Shown here: positions 9,052 to 18,657 of the stretch, piece after piece
Numbering within the stretch: position 1 is the first letter of the stretch
How the letters are laid out: every line of letters starts with the position of its first letter
IMG/VR virus record: IMGVR_UViG_3300031420_000003
Location: 160,001 to 224,000 of that record
Reading direction: 5' to 3' (one strand)
Origin: a virus
DNA: 64,000 bases
The notes under the pieces: model-generated
What the model was told of the DNA's origin: nothing
Database searches by the model: none
The model's input: only the letters and a program-made list of their open reading frames with translations
Translations under genes and position numbers: made by a program

Positions 9052-10821
9052 TTAGCGACCGATCTTCGAGATATCATCCTGCGTCTCACGAACGACAGGC
9101 TCAAGTTTCGGATTGTAGCCCATCACGAGATTACGTGAGGTCTGCATGTACTGGTTAAGGATACCGTACTTGTACGGGCTTGACTTCGGAATGTAGTAAA
9201 TGTTGCCACACACCGCATGAGAAGCACTCGCATGTTTGGTACGGTCATTAAGGTTAACTGTCTTACCACCTTTCTTCTTCTTGTTGTCCGTCTCTGTTTG
9301 GCTGATGGCGTGTGTGGACACGGCCAGTACCATGGATTCGGTTGACGCGTTGAAGAAACTGATGGCTCCGTTACTGGTGATACTGCGCGTAACGAGATTG
9401 TGGTTGATATCTTTGTTCAGGTGTCCTTTCACCGTGGTGCCGCAACTCTCAGATGACTTATCATCCAATCCTTCCAGCTTCCAACGGATACGGGATACCG
9501 TACTGGTAAAGCCCTGCGTGCCAAGCAACAGATAATCCACAACGGTCAGACGTTTGCCAAACATCGATGGGATGTCATCTTGGCGCGTCAGACGCGTACG
9601 AATCATGAGCTTGGTGGCGTACATCAAGAAGTCGAAGGTATCCATATCCGGATCGATGTCCGGGTCTGACACCATCAACTCACCACGGAACGTGTCGCTT
9701 AAGTAACGCGGACACTCGCCGAAGTGTGTCGCCATGCTGCGATGCAATTCCACATCGGATGTTTTGGTTCCCATGATACTGCGCCCCAGCACTTCTTTCC
9801 ACACACCGGGTGAGTTCAAGTTCGCCAGATCCTCTTCCTGCGAGAATTCATCGAGCTTTGTGAACAACGGCGTCAGTTGGCTTAAGCCACTGCGGCTGTT
9901 CTGTTTACTGGCGTAATAATGCGCGGCTTTAAAGAACGCCCCACACATCACCAGCAACGTGTGTTCATCCTGCTCCCAACGTGGCTTATCCATGTTCGGG
10001 AAAGCAGACACCGGCACTTGCAGCGCGTATTGAATCGTACGAGACACACGCGGGTCAGCACCCGAAGAGATAATGACGTTCTCTTCTAAGTCCACTTCCG
10101 GCACTTTATAAGCTGGGATGATTTTCACATCCACGCCGGTATAACGTTTGATGGCTTCAGTGAAACCGTACTTACCGAACAGCCAGTACACCAGCGGTTT
10201 TTCATCCGCATCGTGACCGGTAGGATTCTTCGGTGTATACAGGTTCGATGTGCCCGGAATGTACAACTCTTCCTTGCGACCATTCACCAGTATCTTCACA
10301 GGGTGCTTGCCGAACTTCAGAGACACCTTGCGGGTGAAGTCGAAGTTTACAAACAGACCGTTATGCTCTTGGCAGATCCCGGGTTGGTGGATAACCGGTG
10401 CAACATGGTAGCTTGTGCCCCAGTAATTCATCAACCCACCGCGACGGATAAACGGCAGATACATCGGACGAGTCAAGACTTTGCTCTCTCCCGGAATACG
10501 GAAGCGTGCGCCAATCATGTACGTATCGGTTTCAGCAATCGGAATCGGTGCTTTACCACGGCCACTACGGCTGTCTTGTCGACTGATTTTAAAGATGAAT
10601 GATTCAAAAGGCGACATAAAGCGATAGCCAACATAACCTAACCCTTCTGGCAGACGCGGGTTGTTATCCCGGTCGTAGGTTAGTTCCCGTCGAAGAATAG
10701 TGTTCACACGCTCGTGTATCCCGTCCTTTGCTTGGGTGTAACCTACACCTTCTGCAACAGCACGGTTAAACGTCGCTATGCGCTTATCCTCCTGAAGTCG
10801 TCGTATGGCATCTTTAAACAC
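9052..10821 (-). CDS. Non-virion RNA polymerase beta subunit, N-terminal part (phiKZ gp123-like)
   Basis: rpoB-like segments (MYLPFIRRGG; PSMFGKRLTVVDYLL; HASASHAVCG...PKSSP...G); position near the capsid gene. Confidence 0.8.
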   Translation of the reverse strand: MFKDAIRRLQEDKRIATFNRAVAEGVGYTQAKDGIHERVNTILRRELTYDRDNNPRLPEGLGYVGYRFMSPFESFIFKISRQDSRSGRGKAPIPIAETDTYMIGARFRIPGESKVLTRPMYLPFIRRGGLMNYWGTSYHVAPVIHQPGICQEHNGLFVNFDFTRKVSLKFGKHPVKILVNGRKEELYIPGTSNLYTPKNPTGHDADEKPLVYWLFGKYGFTEAIKRYTGVDVKIIPAYKVPEVDLEENVIISSGADPRVSRTIQYALQVPVSAFPNMDKPRWEQDEHTLLVMCGAFFKAAHYYASKQNSRSGLSQLTPLFTKLDEFSQEEDLANLNSPGVWKEVLGRSIMGTKTSDVELHRSMATHFGECPRYLSDTFRGELMVSDPDIDPDMDTFDFLMYATKLMIRTRLTRQDDIPSMFGKRLTVVDYLLLGTQGFTSTVSRIRWKLEGLDDKSSESCGTTVKGHLNKDINHNLVTRSITSNGAISFFNASTESMVLAVSTHAISQTETDNKKKKGGKTVNLNDRTKHASASHAVCGNIYYIPKSSPYKYGILNQYMQTSRNLVMGYNPKLEPVVRETQDDISKIGR

Positions 10822-10832
10822 GCGTCACCTCG

Positions 10833-11837
10833 CTATAGTAGCAACCCCACTACCGTAAGCCCGGCGGCAAGGAATGCTGGTATCATTTTCAAAGTTTCGG
10901 AGCCGTCCTTGCGAACGAGGGAACGACTCTCGTAATGGTCTTTGCGCTCTTCTTGTTTCTGTTTGGTTTCTAGTTCTCGGTCGCGATAGTACGCAGCCAC
11001 CCTCTCTTTTTCGATAGCGAGATCATTCAAGCGGTTTTTGTGTTCAAGCTCCATGGCTTGTTTACGTTCGTCCATTTGCGATTGGTTCTCAAGCAACTGA
11101 GATTCCAACTGACGTTTCGCATCACGGATATCGGGCAGGGTGTCTTCCCAACGGAATGCTCGAGCTTCTTCACGAGTCTCAAAACACCGGAACGGTGAGA
11201 TAGCCTCATCAAAGCCAAAGCGCAACATACTGCCTTCCTCAACACACTCCCCACCTGAGATGGTCAGATACACGCCCTCTTCAAAGAAGCGTGAGCGCAT
11301 AGGTTCAACGGCGATGACAGTGGTGTAGTAACGCACGTGCCGAATGATTCTCGGGTCACCGTGCTTCTGAACGACCACTACCCCCAACACCAAACTTGAC
11401 TTGTTCCGCATTGATGTTCGCACTGGTGTCTTGTCGACATCCACAGGTTTGATAGAGAACCCCACACCGAGCTTCTTTACCAGTAACAACTCACCCCGCA
11501 GCAACGCATCAATTTCACCAATGGTGTACATCACTGTACACTCGCCCCGTCGTTTGAAATCCTCAACCATCATTTGTGCAATCTTTGGCGGTACGTCATC
11601 AAGCAAGCCTGATAAGTTACCACCCCCGTTTCTCACCCGATGCGTGACATACACCACAATGGAATCCATTGAGATGACATCAAGGTTCGGATGTATCACC
11701 ACATGGCTGCCTGTGGGGTCAGTCATGAAGATGGGCAAACCGGTGTTGTTAATGACAGTCATGGACTTCACTAAGCCCCCGACGTTGATAGGGGCAGGCA
11801 CGACGGTCGGCTCTACGTCTAAATCGATTCGATTCAT
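10833..11837 (-). CDS. Conserved hypothetical protein with coiled coil and C-terminal membrane anchor (phiKZ gp122-like position)
   Basis: Charged helical stretch followed by MIPAFLAAGLTVVGLLL at the very end. Confidence 0.75.
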   Translation of the reverse strand: MNRIDLDVEPTVVPAPINVGGLVKSMTVINNTGLPIFMTDPTGSHVVIHPNLDVISMDSIVVYVTHRVRNGGGNLSGLLDDVPPKIAQMMVEDFKRRGECTVMYTIGEIDALLRGELLLVKKLGVGFSIKPVDVDKTPVRTSMRNKSSLVLGVVVVQKHGDPRIIRHVRYYTTVIAVEPMRSRFFEEGVYLTISGGECVEEGSMLRFGFDEAISPFRCFETREEARAFRWEDTLPDIRDAKRQLESQLLENQSQMDERKQAMELEHKNRLNDLAIEKERVAAYYRDRELETKQKQEERKDHYESRSLVRKDGSETLKMIPAFLAAGLTVVGLLL

Positions 11838-11867
11838 CGGCTATCCAGTTAAATAATGCAACAGTAT

Positions 11868-11888
11868 CACCTAGATAAAATCTATCTC
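11868..11888 (-). promoter_or_regulatory. Putative early (virion RNAP) promoter
   Basis: Minus strand GAGATAGATTTTATCTAGGTG; copy of the motif repeated six times in the window. Confidence 0.7.
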
Positions 11889-11946
11889 ATTTTCTTTACA
11901 ACGTGAGCGCACATACAGTGTGCGCCTGATGTAAAAAAGAGAAGAA

Positions 11947-11969
11947 CCCCTAACCGCAAGGGTTAGGGG
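11947..11969 (-). terminator. Intrinsic terminator
   Basis: CCCCTAACC-GCAAG-GGTTAGGGG with U-rich tail on the minus strand. Confidence 0.75.
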
Positions 11970-11975
11970 GTAAAT

Positions 11976-12623
11976 CTACTTACGCGAGGTTAAGCTTTCT
12001 GCGATGTAGAGGAGCTCGGCGTTGGTAATCGCGCCCAGATCGCAGTGAATCCCATCCCCTTCGAAATAGAGCGCACCGTTCTTTACCAGCTCGGATTTAA
12101 AGATGTTGCGCAGTCTGCCAGCCAGTGCTGCGACGTTGCTAGGCGGCGTGGCATCCGAGAACTCCTGACGTAGATAGGCAAGTACGAAATCATTTGCCCG
12201 AGGAACAAGAGACCACTTTCCTTCGGTGGAAAGAAAGCCTCCGCTGGGCAGGCTGACAACCCGTGGGAAGTTATCTTCATTCGACCGACGGAGGATTTCA
12301 TCAGCCCACTTACGGTAGTTATCCACCGTGATGTCCTGCTCTTTGATCAAACCCCATGACGGGCAGACATCACCGAACGCCGATATCTGAATTTCACCGA
12401 GTGTTAGAGTACGCCACTCTGGGAACTTAACAATGATATCCGGGTCGTTCATGGCCTTTAAGAAAGTGTGGAGTGCATCTGCTTGGTCGCGGCTGATGAG
12501 GTGAATGGTGCCAGTGACTCGGTCCTCTTTTTCTGCATACTTCGGTTTAAGATAGATGCAATAACTGCCGCGTTCTTCACTACGACCGAATGAGTCGATA
12601 TATGGCAGTGCTACTTTTTTCAT
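11976..12623 (-). CDS. Hypothetical early protein, 215 aa
   Basis: ORF with ATGA coupling to the upstream gene. Confidence 0.75.
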   Translation of the reverse strand: MKKVALPYIDSFGRSEERGSYCIYLKPKYAEKEDRVTGTIHLISRDQADALHTFLKAMNDPDIIVKFPEWRTLTLGEIQISAFGDVCPSWGLIKEQDITVDNYRKWADEILRRSNEDNFPRVVSLPSGGFLSTEGKWSLVPRANDFVLAYLRQEFSDATPPSNVAALAGRLRNIFKSELVKNGALYFEGDGIHCDLGAITNAELLYIAESLTSRK

Positions 12624-13279
12624 TTCTTACCCCCCAGTAAACGACCCATCCCGAGGATGGCATTCTTATCCACACGAGCAACGGTTGCGTAGCCGGCGTC
12701 TATGCCGGTCTGGCCGTTACGCCAACGTAACTGCAGCTCGTAGTCCACCCGTGGGAACAGCGGTGACTCAGCGATGTTAATGAGTGTCTCTGCGATAGCT
12801 GGCAGATGACCCGTATCAACCAGCGGGCAAGCTGGCACGCGCTCCAGTGTGTAGTAAACGAACAGTCCGCTAACTCGATTGAAACCAAACCCAGCGTGGC
12901 GAGCTTCCCAAAACAGCTGGTCTTCTTGGCCATCTTGACAGATCCCGATACGTTCCCAACGATCTTGTTGGACAAAGACCCCGGTGACGACGCTTCGCAT
13001 GTGGGTTGAGTCATTAACCCCATTCTTAGTACGTATCCGAGCGGATTTGAGAATAACCCAATCCACATCAAACCCACGCACGGTTGTGTGGGGTTCCACA
13101 GTCGTTGAGATTTGTATCCAACCGCACAGTGCAATATATTCCAGTTCACTAATGACTAAGCGGTGCGTTCCCGGCATGTTGTTCTGCATGACCGCAGTGT
13201 CAATGAAATGTTGTTGTTTATCGCGATCGTAACCAATCTCACGGATTTGATTAGCATCAATTTCAAATAGCTGTTTCAT
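12620..13279 (-). CDS. Hypothetical early protein, 219 aa
   Basis: AAGGAGTAAT RBS. Confidence 0.75.
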   Translation of the reverse strand: MKQLFEIDANQIREIGYDRDKQQHFIDTAVMQNNMPGTHRLVISELEYIALCGWIQISTTVEPHTTVRGFDVDWVILKSARIRTKNGVNDSTHMRSVVTGVFVQQDRWERIGICQDGQEDQLFWEARHAGFGFNRVSGLFVYYTLERVPACPLVDTGHLPAIAETLINIAESPLFPRVDYELQLRWRNGQTGIDAGYATVARVDKNAILGMGRLLGGKK

Positions 13280-13290
13280 TTAATTACTCC

Positions 13291-13986
13291 TTATCGAATT
13301 AGGTCTTCTACAACTTCTGCCATGGCCAAGCGGTCGGTATTCTGAAGCAGGCTTATCTCGCCAATGCCGTTGCGTAACACAACATCGTAGCCGCTGTCAG
13401 GTGCGGTGTGCATTCCGATAATGCCCAACAGGCGGTCTGCAAGCGTTACTGCAGCGTGCGCCAACGGACGGTATACCTGATACTGCTCTAATGAATACGT
13501 AGTCGTCATGTAGCGGTGTTCATCGTTTACTGACTTATCTACCAGAAAATAACTGTCCTTTTCTTGGTTGGCCACTATCTGTATTCCGAGGTCGCGGTGG
13601 TAGAAACTATGGGCGTCGGGAACGAAAACGAACGGGTTATCATTATTGAAGCCAAGTGCCTTCATCGCATCGACCGCATTAGCACTGAGCGAGTTTTTGC
13701 CATAACTACTGTCATTGAGTTCGAAGACCACACCTGATAGTGTCAGTGTTACACGCCACCGGCCTTTGACCTCATCAGGGGTGTAAAGTGACACCCAAGC
13801 TTTGAGTGCCTCAACCTCTATGGCGCGCAGTCGTGGCGATTTCACCTGTCGACGGTACTCATCTCCTTCTATATACCTGACGGCTTCGAGATCCCCATTA
13901 AGCTCGAATACTCGTCCACCGCACAGTGGACGGATAGTGAGGCTCTTATTGAGCTGGAGTTTCAGTAGCGGACGTTCGTGTTTCAT
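13291..13986 (-). CDS. Hypothetical early protein, 231 aa
   Basis: TAAGGA RBS; first gene after the promoter motif. Confidence 0.75.
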   Translation of the reverse strand: MKHERPLLKLQLNKSLTIRPLCGGRVFELNGDLEAVRYIEGDEYRRQVKSPRLRAIEVEALKAWVSLYTPDEVKGRWRVTLTLSGVVFELNDSSYGKNSLSANAVDAMKALGFNNDNPFVFVPDAHSFYHRDLGIQIVANQEKDSYFLVDKSVNDEHRYMTTTYSLEQYQVYRPLAHAAVTLADRLLGIIGMHTAPDSGYDVVLRNGIGEISLLQNTDRLAMAEVVEDLIR

Positions 13987-14015
13987 GAAATAGATCCTTA
14001 GAAAATGTGGGTATG

Positions 14016-14036
14016 CACATTGATAATATCTATCTC
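14016..14036 (-). promoter_or_regulatory. Putative early promoter
   Basis: Minus strand GAGATAGATATTATCAATGTG. Confidence 0.75.
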
Positions 14037-14054
14037 TAAAAAAATAAAATAAAA

Positions 14055-14082
14055 AGACCTACCTCCCGAAGGAGGTAGGTCT
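14055..14082 (-). terminator. Strong terminator after the major capsid gene
   Basis: 12-bp stem AGACCTACCTCC-CGAA-GGAGGTAGGTCT, UUCG loop and U-tract on the minus strand. Confidence 0.85.
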
Positions 14083-14104
14083 CTTTTTACAGCTCAGCTA
14101 CTGA

Positions 14105-16426
14105 TTAAGAACCAGTGGCCGGAGCGGTAGTGTTGCTACCGGTTGCCGGAGCAGTGGTACCCGCGCCTACATCACCAGCGTTGTTGCCGCCAGTGGTGGT
14201 GGTGCCATCGTTGACCACGTTGACGAAGTACGCCAGACGCTCTTCAACGAATTTGGTGATACCTTTAACCCAGATAACGCCAGTGATCGGGCAGTGGCAG
14301 ATGTGCGCGTTGCGCGGCTGCACGGCCAGTTCTTTAGACGTTGAACCGTTACGCTGGATGTTGATGTTGGTAACCATGATTGGTGACCAGAAGTGGTTAC
14401 CCCAGTTCAGGACGCAGTAAGAACCGTCCTCAACGTTAGCAACCTTCAGCATCCACTGCAGACGACGAGTCCAGCTACCGTCTGCTTCGTTCTTCACACG
14501 CCAGCGGTCATCGTTGGTGGTGATTACTTCGAAGTCGTAACGGTCGCCCAGCAGACGGGTTTCACCGCTGCTCAGCAGCAGCATGGCTGCAGTTGGTTCG
14601 TCAGTCGCGATGATGACTTTCGGCAGTGCGTTCGGGTCAGCGGTCAGCAGGCGCAGAGCCGGCATGTAGCGGCTGTCCTGAATCGCACGAGTAACCTGAT
14701 CGCCCAGACGCTGCATCAGACCCTGACGGGCGTTAGTCAGCGCATCTTTAGTTTCCAGAGTCTGGATAACTTCAGAGACGTCGAAATCGCTTTCGTTGTA
14801 CCATGCACCGACCCAGTGACGGCCCAGACCACGGATAGCAGGTTTATCCCACTGAGTTACCATGGTTTTGAACACGTCGCGTACAGCTTCGGTGTAGTTC
14901 AGGGTCTGGGTGATGGCCAGCATTTCGTTACGGATGTTAACCGCAGAAACCAGGTCATCCAGACGCTCAGCGTCGTCGTACTCAACACCAACCGGTGATT
15001 TGGTCAGGATTGGGGAACCGTACTGCAGCTTGTAGTTCTCCTGTTCCCAAACTGGGTCCAGCAGCAAGCCCTGAGTTCTCCGGTTTTCGTTGGTACGAGT
15101 ACCATCGAAGCGCCAGCCGACCAGATCGATTTTGATGTTGTCGAGGATGGTTTTGACCGAGCCGCTGTCGATAGGCAGAGACATGCCGGTGCCATCAACA
15201 ACAGAGTCGATACGCAGAGTTTTACCAGTAACTTCAACCCAGCCAGAACGCTGTCCGTTAGTGAACAGGCTCATGGTGATGTTCACCACGTAGCGCAGGG
15301 TGTAGTCGTTCTGCTTCAGCGATTCCAGAGCAGGCATTGCTTTGCCCTGCCAATCCAGAGTTTCGCCGTTCATTGCGAACAGAGTGTGACGGAAGTTCAG
15401 GATCAGTTCACGACCTTCACCTTCAGAAGGACGCTGGAAGCTGGCGAACTGCATGTCGCGAGTGGTCAGCTTGAACAGTGAGCCGTCTTTAACGTCTTCG
15501 CCTGCTTTACGAACTGACAGCAGAATCTGGCCCAGTGCAGCACCCGGCGCGATTTCGTCAGTTTCGTCGTAGCCTTCAGCAACGATACCCGGATGCGCAG
15601 ACAGGCGGAACAGGTTCAGCTGTTGCTTGTCGAAGCTCAGGTAGTTAGTTGGGTACGCAGGTACGCGGCCCAGACGAACGGTTTCGTTGGCAATCACATC
15701 TTCCGATACGAAGTAGTCAGCGTTGCCGCCGTCTTCCATTACGTAAGGAACGATGCGGATGGCGTCATCCTGCAGCACTTTGTGGTTAGACAGTGCGTTA
15801 TGCAGCGGCTGACGGTCATCAACCACGCTGTCTTTCGCCAGCAGGGCGTTCAGGACACCGCGAGTTACCGTGGTCACTTTGGTACGCACGGTGATACCAA
15901 CATCGTTGCTTTCAACGGTGATGGTTGGGAACAGGGTTTCTGCGAACTTGGACTGGGTTTCCAGTGCACGGACGTTCAGAGTCCAGGTCAGACCGAGGTT
16001 TTTATCCAGATCTTTGTTGGTGTAGTATTCGGTACCAACGAATGGATTTTTGCCGTAGTCGTCGCCAGCAGCGCTACCCGGGTAAGCAACATCCATGAAG
16101 CTGTTATACTTCGGATTGCTTGATTCGGTAGCAACTTTGGTTGCGAACTCTTCTGGGTCAGAAGAAGCGGCCAGAATCATGTTTGAGGCAACCTGAGCAG
16201 CAAAGCCCATTTTCTTGCCCGGAACGACCGACTGGTATTTAACCTGTGCAGAGTCACGGGCAGTGGTGAACGCATCGTTCTGGGTGCGGCGGATAGACTC
16301 ACCGGCAACAACCTGCTTCCACATGTCAGTGGCGGCAGCGGTGCCTTTGTGCGACATTACCAGAGCATTGCCTGCGTCGATAAGCTGCTCCAGCTGGGCG
16401 ATTCGAGTATCTTTAATCATCTTCAC
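14105..16426 (-). CDS. Major capsid protein precursor (phiKZ gp120 / SPN3US gp75-like)
   Basis: 773 aa; strongly biased high-expression codons; ATE-S and GTE propeptide sites; FAETLFPTITV and QPRNAHICHCPI segments typical of this family; next to DnaB. Confidence 0.88.
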   Translation of the reverse strand: MKMIKDTRIAQLEQLIDAGNALVMSHKGTAAATDMWKQVVAGESIRRTQNDAFTTARDSAQVKYQSVVPGKKMGFAAQVASNMILAASSDPEEFATKVATESSNPKYNSFMDVAYPGSAAGDDYGKNPFVGTEYYTNKDLDKNLGLTWTLNVRALETQSKFAETLFPTITVESNDVGITVRTKVTTVTRGVLNALLAKDSVVDDRQPLHNALSNHKVLQDDAIRIVPYVMEDGGNADYFVSEDVIANETVRLGRVPAYPTNYLSFDKQQLNLFRLSAHPGIVAEGYDETDEIAPGAALGQILLSVRKAGEDVKDGSLFKLTTRDMQFASFQRPSEGEGRELILNFRHTLFAMNGETLDWQGKAMPALESLKQNDYTLRYVVNITMSLFTNGQRSGWVEVTGKTLRIDSVVDGTGMSLPIDSGSVKTILDNIKIDLVGWRFDGTRTNENRRTQGLLLDPVWEQENYKLQYGSPILTKSPVGVEYDDAERLDDLVSAVNIRNEMLAITQTLNYTEAVRDVFKTMVTQWDKPAIRGLGRHWVGAWYNESDFDVSEVIQTLETKDALTNARQGLMQRLGDQVTRAIQDSRYMPALRLLTADPNALPKVIIATDEPTAAMLLLSSGETRLLGDRYDFEVITTNDDRWRVKNEADGSWTRRLQWMLKVANVEDGSYCVLNWGNHFWSPIMVTNINIQRNGSTSKELAVQPRNAHICHCPITGVIWVKGITKFVEERLAYFVNVVNDGTTTTGGNNAGDVGAGTTAPATGSNTTAPATGS

Positions 16427-16432
16427 AATTCT

Positions 16433-16966
16433 CTAGTTGAATAAATGACATGCGTAAATTTGCGTCAGCACCTGATGTGTAGCAAACTGCGTTGAAGTGC
16501 TGAACGAATCATCCACGACGCGAGTCTTGGTACGCACATATTTAAAAAGTTCTGCGCAGAACGTCTTCTTTGCTGCCTTGTCGTCTTGAATCGAAAAACT
16601 CACATGTGAGTGGTGGGGTTTCGCTTCAGACAACGTGGCGACAATCATATCATTACGTTGGGAGAAGACCCAGCGTAACTCAGCGGAGCTCGTTAGCCCA
16701 TATAAATCGGCGAGCGAGCTTTCCGTACCTTTCTCAACCAAGTTCAGCACTTGGTCATAATATTTAGTGGGAGCAGGGTCTGCAGCCATAAACGATTTAA
16801 ACAATGCGACAGGAGACTGTTCCGGTAACAGCTTGGAACTAAACCCCTGAGGGCAGTCATATAACCAGTTAAAGAACTCCGCTTGTAGCTCTTCTAACTT
16901 TTTACTGGCCGCCGCATTATCTATGTTAGGTTGATCCACCCACGATGGGTAAAAACGAATTCGCAT
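16433..16966 (-). CDS. Virion/head-associated protein (phiKZ gp119-like position)
   Basis: ATG at 16966 (MRIRFYP) has a GGAG RBS; the longer track ORF would overlap dnaB. Confidence 0.65.
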   Translation of the reverse strand: MRIRFYPSWVDQPNIDNAAASKKLEELQAEFFNWLYDCPQGFSSKLLPEQSPVALFKSFMAADPAPTKYYDQVLNLVEKGTESSLADLYGLTSSAELRWVFSQRNDMIVATLSEAKPHHSHVSFSIQDDKAAKKTFCAELFKYVRTKTRVVDDSFSTSTQFATHQVLTQIYACHLFN

Positions 16967-16979
16967 TGAAGGATGCTCC

Positions 16980-18551
16980 ATGAATAGTAAAATGATGTTG
17001 ATAACAGCCTTAGCGACGCTACATGCGGAGAGCCTTCTTAACGACCCGGTCACTGACCACGACGTCATAAGAAGAATACTGCTAGAAGCTAGGTTACCTG
17101 ACTACGTCGAAGAGGGTGACGAAAGGTCTGCCCTAATCGAAATCAAGGATATCATCACATCTATCATTGACAGTGGGGTCGAATACGACCATAACCACGT
17201 CATGAAGCGTCTTCGTCTCGCCACAACACAAATGCGCCCTCTATACGATACAATAACCGACTTCTTCAAAGAAGAGGGTGAGGACGTGCCGGCGGAAGAA
17301 GAAGCGCTACAAGAGTATCGTCGTAAGCTTGTCGCCTCCTATTACTTTCAGATGCGTCAAGTTATCCAAGGGGTTGCACTCAAGCAACAACTGGGTCGTG
17401 CATGGGGTGCCGTGAATGGCACAGAAACCCGTATCGATGTTAGCACCGCACTGAGCGAACTTAAGAACTCGCTATCAGCGTTCGGTGAACGCGCTCATAA
17501 TAAGATTCCAAGCTTGGTCAATGAGCTCGTCACGAATAACACCGCGCCGTTCGTAAAAGTTTTTGGTAGCATCAACCGTAAAGCAGCCGGTAACGGACTG
17601 CGGACAGGTTGGCAAGATATCAACAACATGCTGGGTTGTAACAAGGGGATTACCGAAGAGCTGTGGTTACAGCCGGCCCTGCCGTTCAACTGTAAGTCGC
17701 TGTTCAGCTTGTTGACCTCACTGTCTATCCCTATTTTTAATGACCCGGGTTCAGTGATGATAGATGTGCCCGGTACCTTAACACCGGTGATTTTAGATTT
17801 GTCGTTTGAAAACGAATTGGATGTCAACATTGCCTACGGTTATCAGGCAGTGTACGGTCACTTCGAAGGTGTTGCCCCGTCGCTGATTATGCCGGAGACT
17901 GCAACAGACCTCGAGAAAGAAGCCCACACGCAAAGCATGTCTGACTACCTGTGTGGCAAGATGCGTCAGAACGGTTGGGATTACGTGTTCCAGAAACACA
18001 CCAACACAGACTTCAAAGTGCATTACCTCAATGACATTATCTCGGACCTGAAAACACGCGGGTTCCATGTCGTTGGGTTGCGTGGCGATTACTTCGGCAC
18101 GATTAACAAAGCTGGCCACGGTAACGGGATTGCCGGTACGGATATCAAAGAGATTTACCGTATCGTACGCAACATCATGGTTATCCGTCAGAAAGGCTTT
18201 GCATTAGCACCGCACCAAATTTCACCAGCGGGTAAACAAGCGAAAGCGCTTGACCCAGTAGGATTCTGTAAGAGTCTTCCAGGTCGTGGTCTCTACGACA
18301 ACTGTACCAGCCTTGATAACGAGGCTGACGGCGAAATGTTCTTCAACAAGCGTGTCGTCAACGGACACAGCTACCTCGAGGTGCAACGAGGCAAACACCG
18401 CACCATTATCGATACGCCTGAGAAGCATCACTATTGTGTGCTGCCCTTCCATGACGTTGGCATCCTTCCGTGGGATGTAGATAAAGAAAACAAAGTCTCC
18501 GCCTCCTCAATCAACCACTTCACCGGTGGCATGGGCGACGATTTGTTCTAA
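16980..18551 (+). CDS. dnaB: DnaB-like replicative helicase (phiKZ gp118-like)
   Basis: LRTGWQDINNML; atypical Walker A ALPFNCKS; LSFEN; DY; HQIS; LDNEAD...RGKHR motifs. Confidence 0.85.
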   Translation: MNSKMMLITALATLHAESLLNDPVTDHDVIRRILLEARLPDYVEEGDERSALIEIKDIITSIIDSGVEYDHNHVMKRLRLATTQMRPLYDTITDFFKEEGEDVPAEEEALQEYRRKLVASYYFQMRQVIQGVALKQQLGRAWGAVNGTETRIDVSTALSELKNSLSAFGERAHNKIPSLVNELVTNNTAPFVKVFGSINRKAAGNGLRTGWQDINNMLGCNKGITEELWLQPALPFNCKSLFSLLTSLSIPIFNDPGSVMIDVPGTLTPVILDLSFENELDVNIAYGYQAVYGHFEGVAPSLIMPETATDLEKEAHTQSMSDYLCGKMRQNGWDYVFQKHTNTDFKVHYLNDIISDLKTRGFHVVGLRGDYFGTINKAGHGNGIAGTDIKEIYRIVRNIMVIRQKGFALAPHQISPAGKQAKALDPVGFCKSLPGRGLYDNCTSLDNEADGEMFFNKRVVNGHSYLEVQRGKHRTIIDTPEKHHYCVLPFHDVGILPWDVDKENKVSASSINHFTGGMGDDLF

Positions 18552-18557
18552 CAGCTG

Positions 18558-18651
18558 CCCGAGAGCCTAGGCTCTCGGGTGGTTTAGATGTGCCGCCCTG
18601 ATAACCTAGGGCAAAAAAAAAAACAAAAAAAAAGAGCACCCCGCGGGGTGC
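18558..18651. terminator. Convergent termination zone with palindromes and long A-tract
   Basis: Perfect 22-bp palindrome 18558-18579; small hairpin ~18595-18612; A11-C-A9 tract; perfect 16-bp palindrome 18636-18651. Confidence 0.65.
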
Positions 18652-18657
18652 CTTTTG

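Noticed and set aside
11907-11925. GCGCACA-N5-TGTGCGC hairpin as an operator upstream of an early promoter
   Set aside because: Single occurrence, not found at the other promoter copies
16967-17068. Track's longer starts for several genes (also 25883, 30993, 35947, 37067, 38311, 44963, 53257)
   Set aside because: Downstream ATGs have clear RBSs and avoid overlaps with neighbours or terminators
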